A DNA stretch of 64,000 nt. It comes from Promethearchaeia archaeon. Its GTDB lineage: Archaea > Asgardarchaeota > Lokiarchaeia > Sigyniarchaeales > SOKP01. Shown piece after piece: positions 39,159 to 49,213 of the stretch. The notes beneath the pieces are model-generated. The model was not told where the DNA came from, searched no databases, and was given only the letters and a program-made list of their open reading frames with translations. A program made the position numbers and the translations under genes. Location: positions 32,001 through 96,000 of the forward strand of contig JAHQWL010000075.1 of the NCBI GenBank assembly GCA_029856155.1. Reading direction: 5' to 3'. Each line of letters opens with the position of its first letter. The first letter of the stretch is position 1.

Positions 39159-40418
39159 CTATTTTATTCGCGTGGTTTTATTTTTTTTAGAATTTTTTTT
39201 TCTTGTATTTTTTAAATTAGATTTATTTTCTTCTATTGGAATACTTAGTTTTCCTTCATCAAATTCCTCTCCTTCTTTAAGTTTGGGGGAATATTTATTT
39301 GCAACTACAGGTTCAGATTCCTTTGGTAAAAGTTTTCTCATCCATTCTGGAAAAGCAGTTGTAATTTGCAAATTGGTTTTTAAAACAATATAAGTCTCAC
39401 CATTATAATTTAATTCTTCAATCACATCAAATTTCTTTAAAAAATCAATATTTTCCATTAAGGAATCCAAAGATTTCTTTGAAACTAGTTTAGGTAATTT
39501 ATCTTTTGAAATTAACCCATTTCTTAATTCTGAGAGGACATTATATTTTTTAGAATCCGCCATTATTTGAAATAAAGTAAAAGCATCTTCTTTTATTTGT
39601 TCCTTAGTTTTCTTTTCATATTCACTATAGTATTCTTGAACTTTGGGAAGGAGTAATTCGATCAATTCTGGCTTATCATCAATATACTCAATGACACTAT
39701 CCGGTGGTATCCTTTCAGCGTTTACTTCTTTTAATAAAAGTACGTATTTCTCTACTAAACCTATTTGGTTAATAAAAATAAATTGTTTATCTACTAAAGT
39801 ATCAATAATCTCATTAAAATCTTTTCCTGGAAACTTCTCAATATACCATTCTCTTAACCATTCTAGTGGTATTGGACCTTTAGATAATTTTTCTAATGTC
39901 TTGAATATATGCTTATCATTTAATAAAATCGCTATCTTCTCTTCCTCTGTTTTTTCTCTTGTATCTTCAATAATTGCCCAATATAGATTATTTACCCACG
40001 CTTCTATTAAAGATTCATTTTTAACTATATTCTCCTGATCATCTTCATCAAAATTATTTATATCATTTATATAAAATGCTGTAAAAATTTCTTCATTTGA
40101 TTGCAACCGTTCTGAGAATTCAGTGCATAGAAGTGATATTTTCTCTTCAATTTCAAGAGGAATTTGTTGGTCAAGAATAATTGAAACCATTAACATTTCT
40201 TTATTTCCTCGCGCCCAATCTGAATGAATCTCAAAGTAGTAATTCATTGATTTTAGATTTTCAAAAGAATGAGTAAAAAAACCTTCACTAAATTGCTGAT
40301 CCATGATGTTGGCTACTTTTCCTGATAGTTCCTTTTCTAATATATTCTTTGGGTAAGAATAAAATACTAATGGACCAATTTTACGATGAAAATATGATAA
40401 GACGACGATAGTTTTCAA
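39159..40418 (-). CDS. longin/uDENN-like (NPRL2-type N-terminus) protein with wHTH-like C-terminal segments
   Basis: IVVLSYFHRKIGPLVFYSYP resembles the F-H-x3-GP longin start of NPRL2/DENN proteins; ARG motif. Confidence 0.65.
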   Translation of the reverse strand: MKTIVVLSYFHRKIGPLVFYSYPKNILEKELSGKVANIMDQQFSEGFFTHSFENLKSMNYYFEIHSDWARGNKEMLMVSIILDQQIPLEIEEKISLLCTEFSERLQSNEEIFTAFYINDINNFDEDDQENIVKNESLIEAWVNNLYWAIIEDTREKTEEEKIAILLNDKHIFKTLEKLSKGPIPLEWLREWYIEKFPGKDFNEIIDTLVDKQFIFINQIGLVEKYVLLLKEVNAERIPPDSVIEYIDDKPELIELLLPKVQEYYSEYEKKTKEQIKEDAFTLFQIMADSKKYNVLSELRNGLISKDKLPKLVSKKSLDSLMENIDFLKKFDVIEELNYNGETYIVLKTNLQITTAFPEWMRKLLPKESEPVVANKYSPKLKEGEEFDEGKLSIPIEENKSNLKNTRKKNSKKNKTTRIK

Positions 40419-40626
40419 TTAATGAATCTCCATTACGAATTCTATATTAGATAAAAAGAACAGCTCTTTTTTTCTGTTTAACCTAAAATAAATTAATATT
40501 GAAGATTATATATTATTAAAGATAAATAAATTTATCTTATGTCAACATCTAATATCCTAGGATAATTAATATAAGCAATCAACTTAAATTATTTTAATGA
40601 ATTAGTGATAAAATTAAAACCTAATA

Positions 40627-41382
40627 ATGAGCCCCATAAAATTAATTGGATTTGATTTGGATGATTGTCTTTTTGACTCAACGGGGTTGTCTGAAAGAGC
40701 TAGAATTAAAGGACTTTATGCAATGATTGACTTGGGCTTAAAAATAGATAAAAAGAAAGCAGCTCTGATATTAGATGAAATAGTGAGAGAGTATGGTTCA
40801 AATTCCTCGAAACATTATAATCATTTCCTAAGAAGACTGAATCAGATGGAGGAAAACGTTGAATTTCTCTCATATAATGATCGATATAAATATATTGCCA
40901 GTGCTGTTATGGCATACCATGAAGAAAAAGTAAATTCAATAAAATTATATGATGACGTTGAGGAAAGCTTAAGTAGGTTAAAAGATTTATCAATAAAAAC
41001 AGCAATTATAACAGACGGAATCCCAATAAAGCAATATGAAAAGATTTTAAGACTTAAAATCGATAAATTAATTGATTTAGTAGTTATTTCAGATGAAATT
41101 GGAATTAAAAAACCTAACCCAGAACTATTCAATTATTGTTTAAAAAAATTTGGAGTTAAAGGGCAAGAAACAATATATGTAGGAGATCGTATTGATAAAG
41201 ATATAATCCCGGCTAATTTAAACAATATCTATAGTGTATATCTTCATCGAGGAGGAAAGTATGATAGTTATAAATTAGATATGAAAAACCAAGATAATTT
41301 TAAGCCAGATTACGAGATTTCCAATTTAAACGAATTATTTAATATAATCGATGAAATTACCAAAAAAGTAAATATGGGTTAA
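40627..41382 (+). CDS. HAD-superfamily hydrolase (archaeal TIGR02253-like)
   Basis: FDLDDCL, IITDG...QYEKI, KKPNP, YVGDR..KDI. Confidence 0.92.
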   Translation: MSPIKLIGFDLDDCLFDSTGLSERARIKGLYAMIDLGLKIDKKKAALILDEIVREYGSNSSKHYNHFLRRLNQMEENVEFLSYNDRYKYIASAVMAYHEEKVNSIKLYDDVEESLSRLKDLSIKTAIITDGIPIKQYEKILRLKIDKLIDLVVISDEIGIKKPNPELFNYCLKKFGVKGQETIYVGDRIDKDIIPANLNNIYSVYLHRGGKYDSYKLDMKNQDNFKPDYEISNLNELFNIIDEITKKVNMG

Positions 41383-41390
41383 TCTATAAA

Positions 41391-42209
41391 ATGAAAGTGG
41401 CTTGTATTCAACCAAAAATATTTGAAAGTAGAACTAAGTGTTATAATGAAATTGAACTAATTTTAAGGGAATTATTAGAAGAACATAAAATTTGTGATGT
41501 AATATGCTTACCAGAAAGATGGGTTCCTTTTTTTAGAGATTTTACTCAAAATTTTCAAGAACAAAGAGGCGAAGATTATGCTTTTATTAAAACTTTAGCA
41601 AAAGAATACAATATTAAACTTTTATCGGGAGCAATTTGGGAGAAAAGAATTAATTCAAAAAAACCTAGCATAACTTGTTATTTTTTTGATGAAAACGGTG
41701 AAGAAATCGGTAGACAAGATAAAATTCACCTATATGCTTACGAACGCAAACAATTCGAGTCAGGCAAAGAATTGAAATTATTTAAACTCAACAATTCTTA
41801 TTATTTTACTATTCTTATCTGCTTTGATATGGCTTTTTTTGAAACACCTCGATTAGCTGTTGAAAATGGGGCAGATATATTGTTTTCACCAACTCAAATA
41901 AGAGATAATGGAATGGAAAATTGGACAATCTATCTAAAAGCCCGTGCTCTTGAAAATAGAGTACCAATTGTAGCTTGTAACACTTATGGCAAGTTTATGA
42001 AAAGAAGATTTCTAGGTAATAGTAAAATTATTTCATTCCGAGAAGGGAATATATCTCCATCAAAATTGAAGATTATAGAAGGCCCAAAAGATTCAAGGGG
42101 ATTTATTTTTGATAAGATCGATTTGGATTTTCCAAGAAAATTAAGAAAGATTCGTTTAAAAGAACAAATTGATAAAAACGAAATAAAAGTTAAAATAATT
42201 AATAAATAA
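41391..42209 (+). CDS. carbon-nitrogen hydrolase (nitrilase superfamily)
   Basis: LPE, DKIHL, LICFD triad; RALEN. Confidence 0.92.
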   Translation: MKVACIQPKIFESRTKCYNEIELILRELLEEHKICDVICLPERWVPFFRDFTQNFQEQRGEDYAFIKTLAKEYNIKLLSGAIWEKRINSKKPSITCYFFDENGEEIGRQDKIHLYAYERKQFESGKELKLFKLNNSYYFTILICFDMAFFETPRLAVENGADILFSPTQIRDNGMENWTIYLKARALENRVPIVACNTYGKFMKRRFLGNSKIISFREGNISPSKLKIIEGPKDSRGFIFDKIDLDFPRKLRKIRLKEQIDKNEIKVKIINK

Positions 42210-42230
42210 AATATAATTGTGTGATTTGAC

Positions 42231-43187
42231 ATGAATGGTTCAAAAGAATTAAATAAAATTCTTTTTTGTGGTTTAGAAAGTGGTGGAAAAACTTCAATTT
42301 TGCTATTATTAGATAAAAAATTTAGTTTATTACCTACAGTTAAACCGACTATAAAAGCAAAAAGAACTTTCTATACAAACTCATTATTGGGAACCTCAAT
42401 TGTCCGTTGGGATTTAGGGGGTCAAAAAGGTTATAGAAAAATATATTTGGGTAATAAGAGCAAATATTTTACAGAAACGCAATCAATATTCTATGTTATA
42501 GATATTCAAGCACCTAAAAAATTTGAAGAATCATTAAGATTTCTTAAAGATATTGTAAGTGTAACCTCAGAGTCACATCCCGAAAATTTTCAGTTATTAA
42601 TATTACTCCATAAATACGATCCTGACATTAAAAATAAGAAAGAAATTTTAGATCATATCAATTACCTAGAAAATAAAATTTCATCTGCCATTAACAAAGT
42701 TAAGTTTTCTATTTTTAAAACTTCAATATATGATGAATCAAGTCTATTGAAGGCTTTTTCTGATGGTGTGTTTTTTGCAACACATAAGTCTAAAATGTTT
42801 GAAACCTTATTGAAAGAATATATGGGTAAAACTTACAATAGTTCTATGCTTCTACTTGATCAGAATTGCTTTATAATTGCTAGTAGAACAACAAATGAAA
42901 GTTATCAGAAAATTTGTGAAGCTATCGCTCCAAGATTAACTCAAGCATTAGAAAAATTAGAGGAATGGGATATAAATACAATTGATATTGTAACAAATAT
43001 AGAATTTCCAGAGAAACAATCAATCTATCAAAAAGAGGGAATAATCTTTCTTAGAAAATTAGATATAATTAAAACGAGATTTTATTTAATCGCACTTTGT
43101 CTAAATAAGAAAGTGAAAATTAAATCATATGAATATTTACCATTGTTAGCAGATAATTTAAAAAATTTACTAGAGAGTTTTGATTAA
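42231..43187 (+). CDS. Rag/Arf-like small GTPase with C-terminal roadblock-like domain
   Basis: GLESGGKTS, PT, WDLGGQ, HKYD, TSIYD; tail SSMLLLDQNCFIIAS. Confidence 0.85.
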   Translation: MNGSKELNKILFCGLESGGKTSILLLLDKKFSLLPTVKPTIKAKRTFYTNSLLGTSIVRWDLGGQKGYRKIYLGNKSKYFTETQSIFYVIDIQAPKKFEESLRFLKDIVSVTSESHPENFQLLILLHKYDPDIKNKKEILDHINYLENKISSAINKVKFSIFKTSIYDESSLLKAFSDGVFFATHKSKMFETLLKEYMGKTYNSSMLLLDQNCFIIASRTTNESYQKICEAIAPRLTQALEKLEEWDINTIDIVTNIEFPEKQSIYQKEGIIFLRKLDIIKTRFYLIALCLNKKVKIKSYEYLPLLADNLKNLLESFD

Positions 43188-43372
43188 TTTTCAATTATCA
43201 TTTAAAATTATAATTTTGTCATTTGTCTTTTATCATAATTTTAATCCTAATTGGTAATTAAATCCTCATTTTTTTTAAAAAAAGATATAGTTTAATTTTA
43301 CTTTTAGTCATCTCTCTGGGGGTGGGGTTTAAATACTTGTGATTAAAATCAATTTAAATAAAGGTTTAAAAT

Positions 43373-44566
43373 ATGATAGCACCATCCAATGTAAATAAAT
43401 ATTATGTAGGACCTAAAGCTTTATTTGACCCAGACTACATCCCCCCCCACCTATTATATAGAAAAAAAGAAGAAGATTCCCTCTTTTCTATTTTAAATGA
43501 TTCAATTTCTGATGAGTTTAATCTCAACATACTCTATCAAGGAATTAATGGTATTGGAAAGAAAGTAATAGTTAATAAAGTATTAAACGATCTTTTAAAC
43601 CAAAATAAAGAATTCGTTAAAATTAATAAAATTTGTGTAGATTGTAAAGAAAAGAATCCTGAAGAATTAATTTTTTTATTGTTAAGTGAAATTAACGGAT
43701 TGTCAAATCTAAATTTCGATGTCCGACCACTATTAAATTCAGAAATACATCAATTATGGAATACGTTTAAGTTCATTTGTAATAGATTTGATTCTCATTT
43801 ATTTTTTATCTTTAATAACATCGAATATTTAGAACCCGAAATTTTTAATAAATTCTTACAATTTGGCAAAGAGTCAAATATAACTCTAATATCTACTGTA
43901 AATAAAATTATACAACCTGGAACAATGGAATTATTCTCTGAATTTGATTTGAAAAAAAGATTAAATTTTTATAATTATCAAGAGCTTTATTCTATTCTTA
44001 AACAAAGAGTATTATTAAGTTTTTCACAGGAAATAGATAGAAACCTAATTAGATACATAACAGATTTAATCTGTGAGCAATATGTACCAGTTCCGGGTAA
44101 AGGAATTGAAATCCTTCGAGATTTATATCCATTATTAAAAAACAAAAATATTTTAGGCAATTTTGATTTATTAGACATTTGTCAAAATAAATTTGACTCT
44201 TTTCAAATTTCTGATGAATTTAGTATGATTAACTATCTTTCTGAAGAAGATATATTGACAGTAATATTTTTAGATAATTTTTCAAATTATTTTATTAGTA
44301 AAAATAAATATTATATTTCTATAAAAGATTTACACGAATTATATGAAATTTCTTGTGAAACTTTAGAATATGAAAAAAGTATTATTGAATTTCGTAAAAT
44401 AACCGAAGAATTATTGAATATTGGAATTGTAAAACCATCAAAAAGAACATTTCATAAAAAAAGTACTCATGAAAATATTAATGGTTTAAATAATGATTCT
44501 TTCTTTATATTAATGAATCCTAAACAAATTAAGGTAATTATTGATGCAATTTTTAACCAGTGTTAA
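43373..44566 (+). CDS. divergent Cdc6/Orc1-like AAA+ protein with degenerate ATPase motifs
   Basis: LFDPDYIPPHLLYR..E, GINGIGKK, FNNIE, YNYQELYSILKQR, C-terminal wHTH. Confidence 0.8.
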   Translation: MIAPSNVNKYYVGPKALFDPDYIPPHLLYRKKEEDSLFSILNDSISDEFNLNILYQGINGIGKKVIVNKVLNDLLNQNKEFVKINKICVDCKEKNPEELIFLLLSEINGLSNLNFDVRPLLNSEIHQLWNTFKFICNRFDSHLFFIFNNIEYLEPEIFNKFLQFGKESNITLISTVNKIIQPGTMELFSEFDLKKRLNFYNYQELYSILKQRVLLSFSQEIDRNLIRYITDLICEQYVPVPGKGIEILRDLYPLLKNKNILGNFDLLDICQNKFDSFQISDEFSMINYLSEEDILTVIFLDNFSNYFISKNKYYISIKDLHELYEISCETLEYEKSIIEFRKITEELLNIGIVKPSKRTFHKKSTHENINGLNNDSFFILMNPKQIKVIIDAIFNQC

Positions 44567-44736
44567 ACATTTCTAAAATCTAAACATGTCTTTTTAAATT
44601 TAAGAAAAAAATTCCTTTCAAAGCGATTCCAAAAATCGGAAAATGTAAAACAGATTTTTTTAATAAGATATCTTATATATTTATAGGTATAATCACACTA
44701 TTTTTTTATTAATATAGGTAAAAATGGAGATAAATT

Positions 44737-47700
44737 TTGACTCATATTAAAAAAATTTCTATGAGTGGTTTCAAATCTTTTGGAGATCGAACAGTAACTA
44801 TCAAGCTCTCTAGTGGATTCACATGCATCGTAGGACCAAATGGGGCGGGTAAATCTAATATAATAGATGCTCTATGCTTCTCGTTAGGCAGATTAAGCAA
44901 AAAAACTATGAGAGCAAAAAGCTTAGAGGATCTAATCTTTGCTGGCTCACGAGGTAAAAATCCCTCCCAGAGAGCTTCTGTTACATTATATTTTGACAAT
45001 TCTGATAATGTTTTTCCAGGAGTGACTGGTGATTTTGAGATTACTCGCATTATTAAAAGGGGTGGTGGGGGAGGATATAAAATGAACGGAAAAAAAGTCA
45101 CCCGTCAGCAAATACTTAACGCTTTAGCCGCGGCAAATATTGATCCTGATGGTAGTAATCAATTCGTATTACAAGGAAAGATTGTTGAATTAACACATAT
45201 GAATCCTGAAGATCGCAGAAAATTTATTGAGGAATTAATAGGGCTTCAAAAATACGACGAAATGAAGGATGTTACTCTAAAGGAATTAGAAAAAGCAGAA
45301 AGAGATTTAGGACAGTTTGAAGCAATCTTCAAAGAAGTATCATCCCAACTGAAAAAAGTTGAAAAAGAAAAAAATGATGCTTTAGCTTGGAAAGAATTGG
45401 ATGAGCAAATAAATTTCTTAAATTCACAGTTAATTGCCTTGAAAATTTCAAAATTAAGAGAAGAAGAAGATGAATTAGAAAAAAAAATTGACGTTTCTTC
45501 AAAAATCGTTGAAGAATTGCAAGAAAAAATAAACCGGCAAGAAGATGTATTAAAACAAGAATCTCTTGTTATGGATAATATCCAAAAAACTATTACCGAC
45601 AAAGAAAAGGAAAGAGAGCAAATAACCGAAAATATAACTCAAATAAAAACTCAAATATCTTCAAGTCAAACAACTTTAAATTTAGATATAAAATCTATTG
45701 ATAAACTAACTAAAGAAATTGAATCCTTAGAAAGTCAGCAAATGAAACTTGAGGAGGGACAGACTTTTGATTCATTAATAGAAAGTGTCTCAAATGAAAT
45801 TTCAGAAAACGAAGATCATATTGAAGAAGCTAAAAAAGAAATTGAAAAAAGGCAACAAAGCCAAGCTGAACTAGACTTTAAAATAAAAAATAATGAAGAT
45901 GAAAAATCCCTTTTTAAAGCAGAAATTTCTAAAATACAACAAAGTGTATCATCTAATAACGCTCAAATTAAGGTTTTAAGAGGAAACATCAGAAAAAATG
46001 AAGAAAAGAAAGAAAAATTAGAAAACGAATTACAAAGGTTAAAAAAAGATGCTGAAAGCATCGATGAGGCTATTGAAGTCACCAAAAAAGCAGAATCAGA
46101 AATTAGAAATAGAATAAACCAATTGAATATTAAAATTTCTAAAGAAAATCAAAATCAAAAAGATTTAGAAAATAACATTAACTCCATCCAAGCAGAAAAG
46201 AATCAGCTAAATTCTAAATTGGCAAACTTTCAAGCTACATTGTCCTCTATAAGTACAGAAATTAAAATGAATCGTGAGAGCATACAAGAATTAAATGAAA
46301 AGAAAACTTCTATAGAGCAAAAGATTACGGATTTAAGTAAAGGTAAAGATGCTGAAAAAGCAGTAAAGGAATTACTGAGTGAAAATGATATTATTAATAA
46401 AGATTTAAGCGACTTAAAAGCAAAATTAAAACAAGAAAATTCAGTCTATAGGAAAAGTGAACAAGATCTAGAATTATTGAAAATGAAGAAATATTCTTGT
46501 GAATCAGAAATCAGTGATAATAATGCAAAGATTGATAATATTAATACAGAACTAAAAATTCTTACAAAAGAATTAACATCCATGGATAGAGAGAAAAATA
46601 ATTTAGAGTTGCAAGTAGATGCTCAAAATAACACTCTTACAGATATTACAAGTTCTACTGAAAAATTTATTATTAAAAAGGATAATGTACAAAGACGTTT
46701 AGAGGATCTTTCACAAGAAAAAGAAAATTTAACAAAAAAAATTGAGTCTTCAGAGGAAGAATACGAGAAAAATACAAAAGATATTACAGGAATTCTCCAA
46801 ATTTTAAATATGCTCACACAGAATATTAATATCTCAGTTGAATCTATTAAGGGTAATATACAACAATCAAACGCAGAGGCAATTGAATCTTCAGCAGAAG
46901 ATTTTAAAAAGTATATATTAGATATCATTGATATTATGAGAACAGTTGAGGATATTGGTGAAGACAGGGATAAATCTACTGAAATGACAGAAATGCTAGG
47001 TTCTATAATGCAAACTTTAAAAATGTTTACTGATAATGCTGATGACACAATTAGTCAATTAATCGATAAAGTAAAAGAATCAGCTGATATTGAAGTACAA
47101 AGTTCAACCTCTACATTTGATAGTTTTATTCAAGATCTAATGGAAATTCTTGAAAATGTATATCTCTCTTTAAGAAAACTAACTATGTCTAAAAGTCAAG
47201 AACTATACAAACAATTGGAAGAAATTTCAGATACTATTAAATCGCAAACTGATGATTTTAATAAAATTGAGAAAAAATTAACTGAAAGTAATATCCAAGA
47301 AAAACACCTATCTGAAAATCTTTCAACCTATAATAAAAGACTAAATGAAATAGATAAAAGAAATACTGAATTAACTGAAAGAATTAAAAAAGGAGAAGAA
47401 GCGATTAGTGAAAGAGAGGAAGTAATTAAGACCAGACAATCGGAAGCTAACACATTGGATAATGATATAGAGAAATTAAAGAAATTAAAGGATACATATT
47501 GGGATAACCTTTCTACAATTCAAGATGATATTGATAAAAAACAAAAAGAATTAGAGAATCTGAGAGAAAAATTACAAGAATTGCATGGAATCCAGAATTT
47601 ATTTGATAATATTACTGAAATTGATGATAACATAGAAAAATTGAATAACCTTATTGCAGAAAAGAAAAATTTAATAATAAACACAGAAGAAAATATTAAA

Positions 47701-49188
47701 AATATTCAAGAAGAACAAAACTCATATCAAAAAAAGATTGATGAACTAGTTCTAAAAAAGCAGAATTTCTGGGAAATAACAGAGAACTTGCGAAAACAAA
47801 TCGATGATGAAAATAAAGTGCTTGAAGATACAATGGATCGTTTAAGAGCACTTGAAAATGTAATGAGGATTATCAACTCTATTGAAGATATTAAAAAAGA
47901 AAATAATGATGCTAAAAATAGCGTTGAAACTTGCTTAAAGGATATTGAAGGATTAAATTCTCAGGTTGAAGAGATCCAAAAAAATGTTGATCAAAAACAA
48001 GAAGTGTTAGATTCTTTAAGAAATGAAAAAACAGAAGAGTTAGAATCACAGAAAGCAGCCCAAAAGAAATTAAATAAATTGAATAAAGATTTGCAGAAAT
48101 CTCAAGGGAAATTGAATGAGTTAAATAAAAATAAAGAAAGAGAACAGAAGATTATTGGGTTGCATCAAGATATAAAAGATACTGAAGAACAAATTGAATC
48201 AATAACAAAAGAATTAGGCAATTTTAAAGAGAATTTGGATAGTGAAAATGAAAAGAAAACCGAGAAACAAAAGGAGATTGATAAATTTATACAAGAAAAA
48301 GATGAATCATGGAAAAAACAAAAACAATATCAGAAAAATATAACTGACTTAAAATCAGATCTCTCTATGGAGAATTCTAAAATCAACAATTTTGAATCAA
48401 AAAAGATAATGTGCACTGATCAAATTGAAACTTTATTCCAGCGTTCTAAAGAATATGGGTCATTACCTCCTGTAACTGACGGACTTTCAGAAGCAGAATT
48501 ACAATCAGATATTGTAGAAAAAACACAGAACAAAAAAACTCTTGAACCTGTGAATTTAAAAGCAATTGAACAATATGACACTGTAAAGGAAAGATTTGAT
48601 GAGATAGATATGAGACGACAAACAATACAGAGAGAAAGGAAATCAATTCTAGATGCTATTGATAAAATTGAACTAGAAAAGACAAGAACATTCATGAAGG
48701 CTTATCACGAGATAAATAGAGAATTTAGTAGGATTTTTCAAAAGCTCAGTCCTGGTGGTTCAGCAAAAATGATTTTGGATAGACCAGATAAGCCATTTGA
48801 AGGAGGTATTAGCATAGAAGCAAGACCAAGGGGTAAAAAAATCAGCTCATTAGAAATATTAAGTGGTGGTGAAAAAACATTAGTAGCGTTATCTTTTATA
48901 TTTGCTGTTCAAGAATTTTATCCCGCTCCATTTTATGTAATGGATGAGATCGATGCGGCTTTGGACGGTCCAAACGTCCACAGAGTCTCTACAGTCATAA
49001 AGGAATTTGCTTCACAAGCTCAATTCATGGTAATAAGTCATAGAGAAGAGAATATTGTAAATGCAGATAGGATATACGGTGTATCCATGCAACAATCAGG
49101 TATTACAGACATATTTAGTGTTGATTTAGAGGAAGAGGCAAAACGTATTTTAGAACTTGAGGATATTGAGCCAACTATTACAGATTAA
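44737..49188 (+). CDS. smc: chromosome segregation SMC protein, extra-long, without canonical hinge
   Basis: GFKSF, GPNGAGKSN, VLQG, PVNLKAI, LSGGEK, MDEIDAALD, ISH. Confidence 0.95.
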   Translation: MTHIKKISMSGFKSFGDRTVTIKLSSGFTCIVGPNGAGKSNIIDALCFSLGRLSKKTMRAKSLEDLIFAGSRGKNPSQRASVTLYFDNSDNVFPGVTGDFEITRIIKRGGGGGYKMNGKKVTRQQILNALAAANIDPDGSNQFVLQGKIVELTHMNPEDRRKFIEELIGLQKYDEMKDVTLKELEKAERDLGQFEAIFKEVSSQLKKVEKEKNDALAWKELDEQINFLNSQLIALKISKLREEEDELEKKIDVSSKIVEELQEKINRQEDVLKQESLVMDNIQKTITDKEKEREQITENITQIKTQISSSQTTLNLDIKSIDKLTKEIESLESQQMKLEEGQTFDSLIESVSNEISENEDHIEEAKKEIEKRQQSQAELDFKIKNNEDEKSLFKAEISKIQQSVSSNNAQIKVLRGNIRKNEEKKEKLENELQRLKKDAESIDEAIEVTKKAESEIRNRINQLNIKISKENQNQKDLENNINSIQAEKNQLNSKLANFQATLSSISTEIKMNRESIQELNEKKTSIEQKITDLSKGKDAEKAVKELLSENDIINKDLSDLKAKLKQENSVYRKSEQDLELLKMKKYSCESEISDNNAKIDNINTELKILTKELTSMDREKNNLELQVDAQNNTLTDITSSTEKFIIKKDNVQRRLEDLSQEKENLTKKIESSEEEYEKNTKDITGILQILNMLTQNINISVESIKGNIQQSNAEAIESSAEDFKKYILDIIDIMRTVEDIGEDRDKSTEMTEMLGSIMQTLKMFTDNADDTISQLIDKVKESADIEVQSSTSTFDSFIQDLMEILENVYLSLRKLTMSKSQELYKQLEEISDTIKSQTDDFNKIEKKLTESNIQEKHLSENLSTYNKRLNEIDKRNTELTERIKKGEEAISEREEVIKTRQSEANTLDNDIEKLKKLKDTYWDNLSTIQDDIDKKQKELENLREKLQELHGIQNLFDNITEIDDNIEKLNNLIAEKKNLIINTEENIKNIQEEQNSYQKKIDELVLKKQNFWEITENLRKQIDDENKVLEDTMDRLRALENVMRIINSIEDIKKENNDAKNSVETCLKDIEGLNSQVEEIQKNVDQKQEVLDSLRNEKTEELESQKAAQKKLNKLNKDLQKSQGKLNELNKNKEREQKIIGLHQDIKDTEEQIESITKELGNFKENLDSENEKKTEKQKEIDKFIQEKDESWKKQKQYQKNITDLKSDLSMENSKINNFESKKIMCTDQIETLFQRSKEYGSLPPVTDGLSEAELQSDIVEKTQNKKTLEPVNLKAIEQYDTVKERFDEIDMRRQTIQRERKSILDAIDKIELEKTRTFMKAYHEINREFSRIFQKLSPGGSAKMILDRPDKPFEGGISIEARPRGKKISSLEILSGGEKTLVALSFIFAVQEFYPAPFYVMDEIDAALDGPNVHRVSTVIKEFASQAQFMVISHREENIVNADRIYGVSMQQSGITDIFSVDLEEEAKRILELEDIEPTITD

Positions 49189-49213
49189 TGAAAATATTTC
49201 ATAGAGGTAGGTA

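Noticed and set aside
43188-43372. Origin next to the cdc6-like gene
   Set aside because: Only a single G-tract, no ORB repeats, a short spacer and a degenerate initiator.
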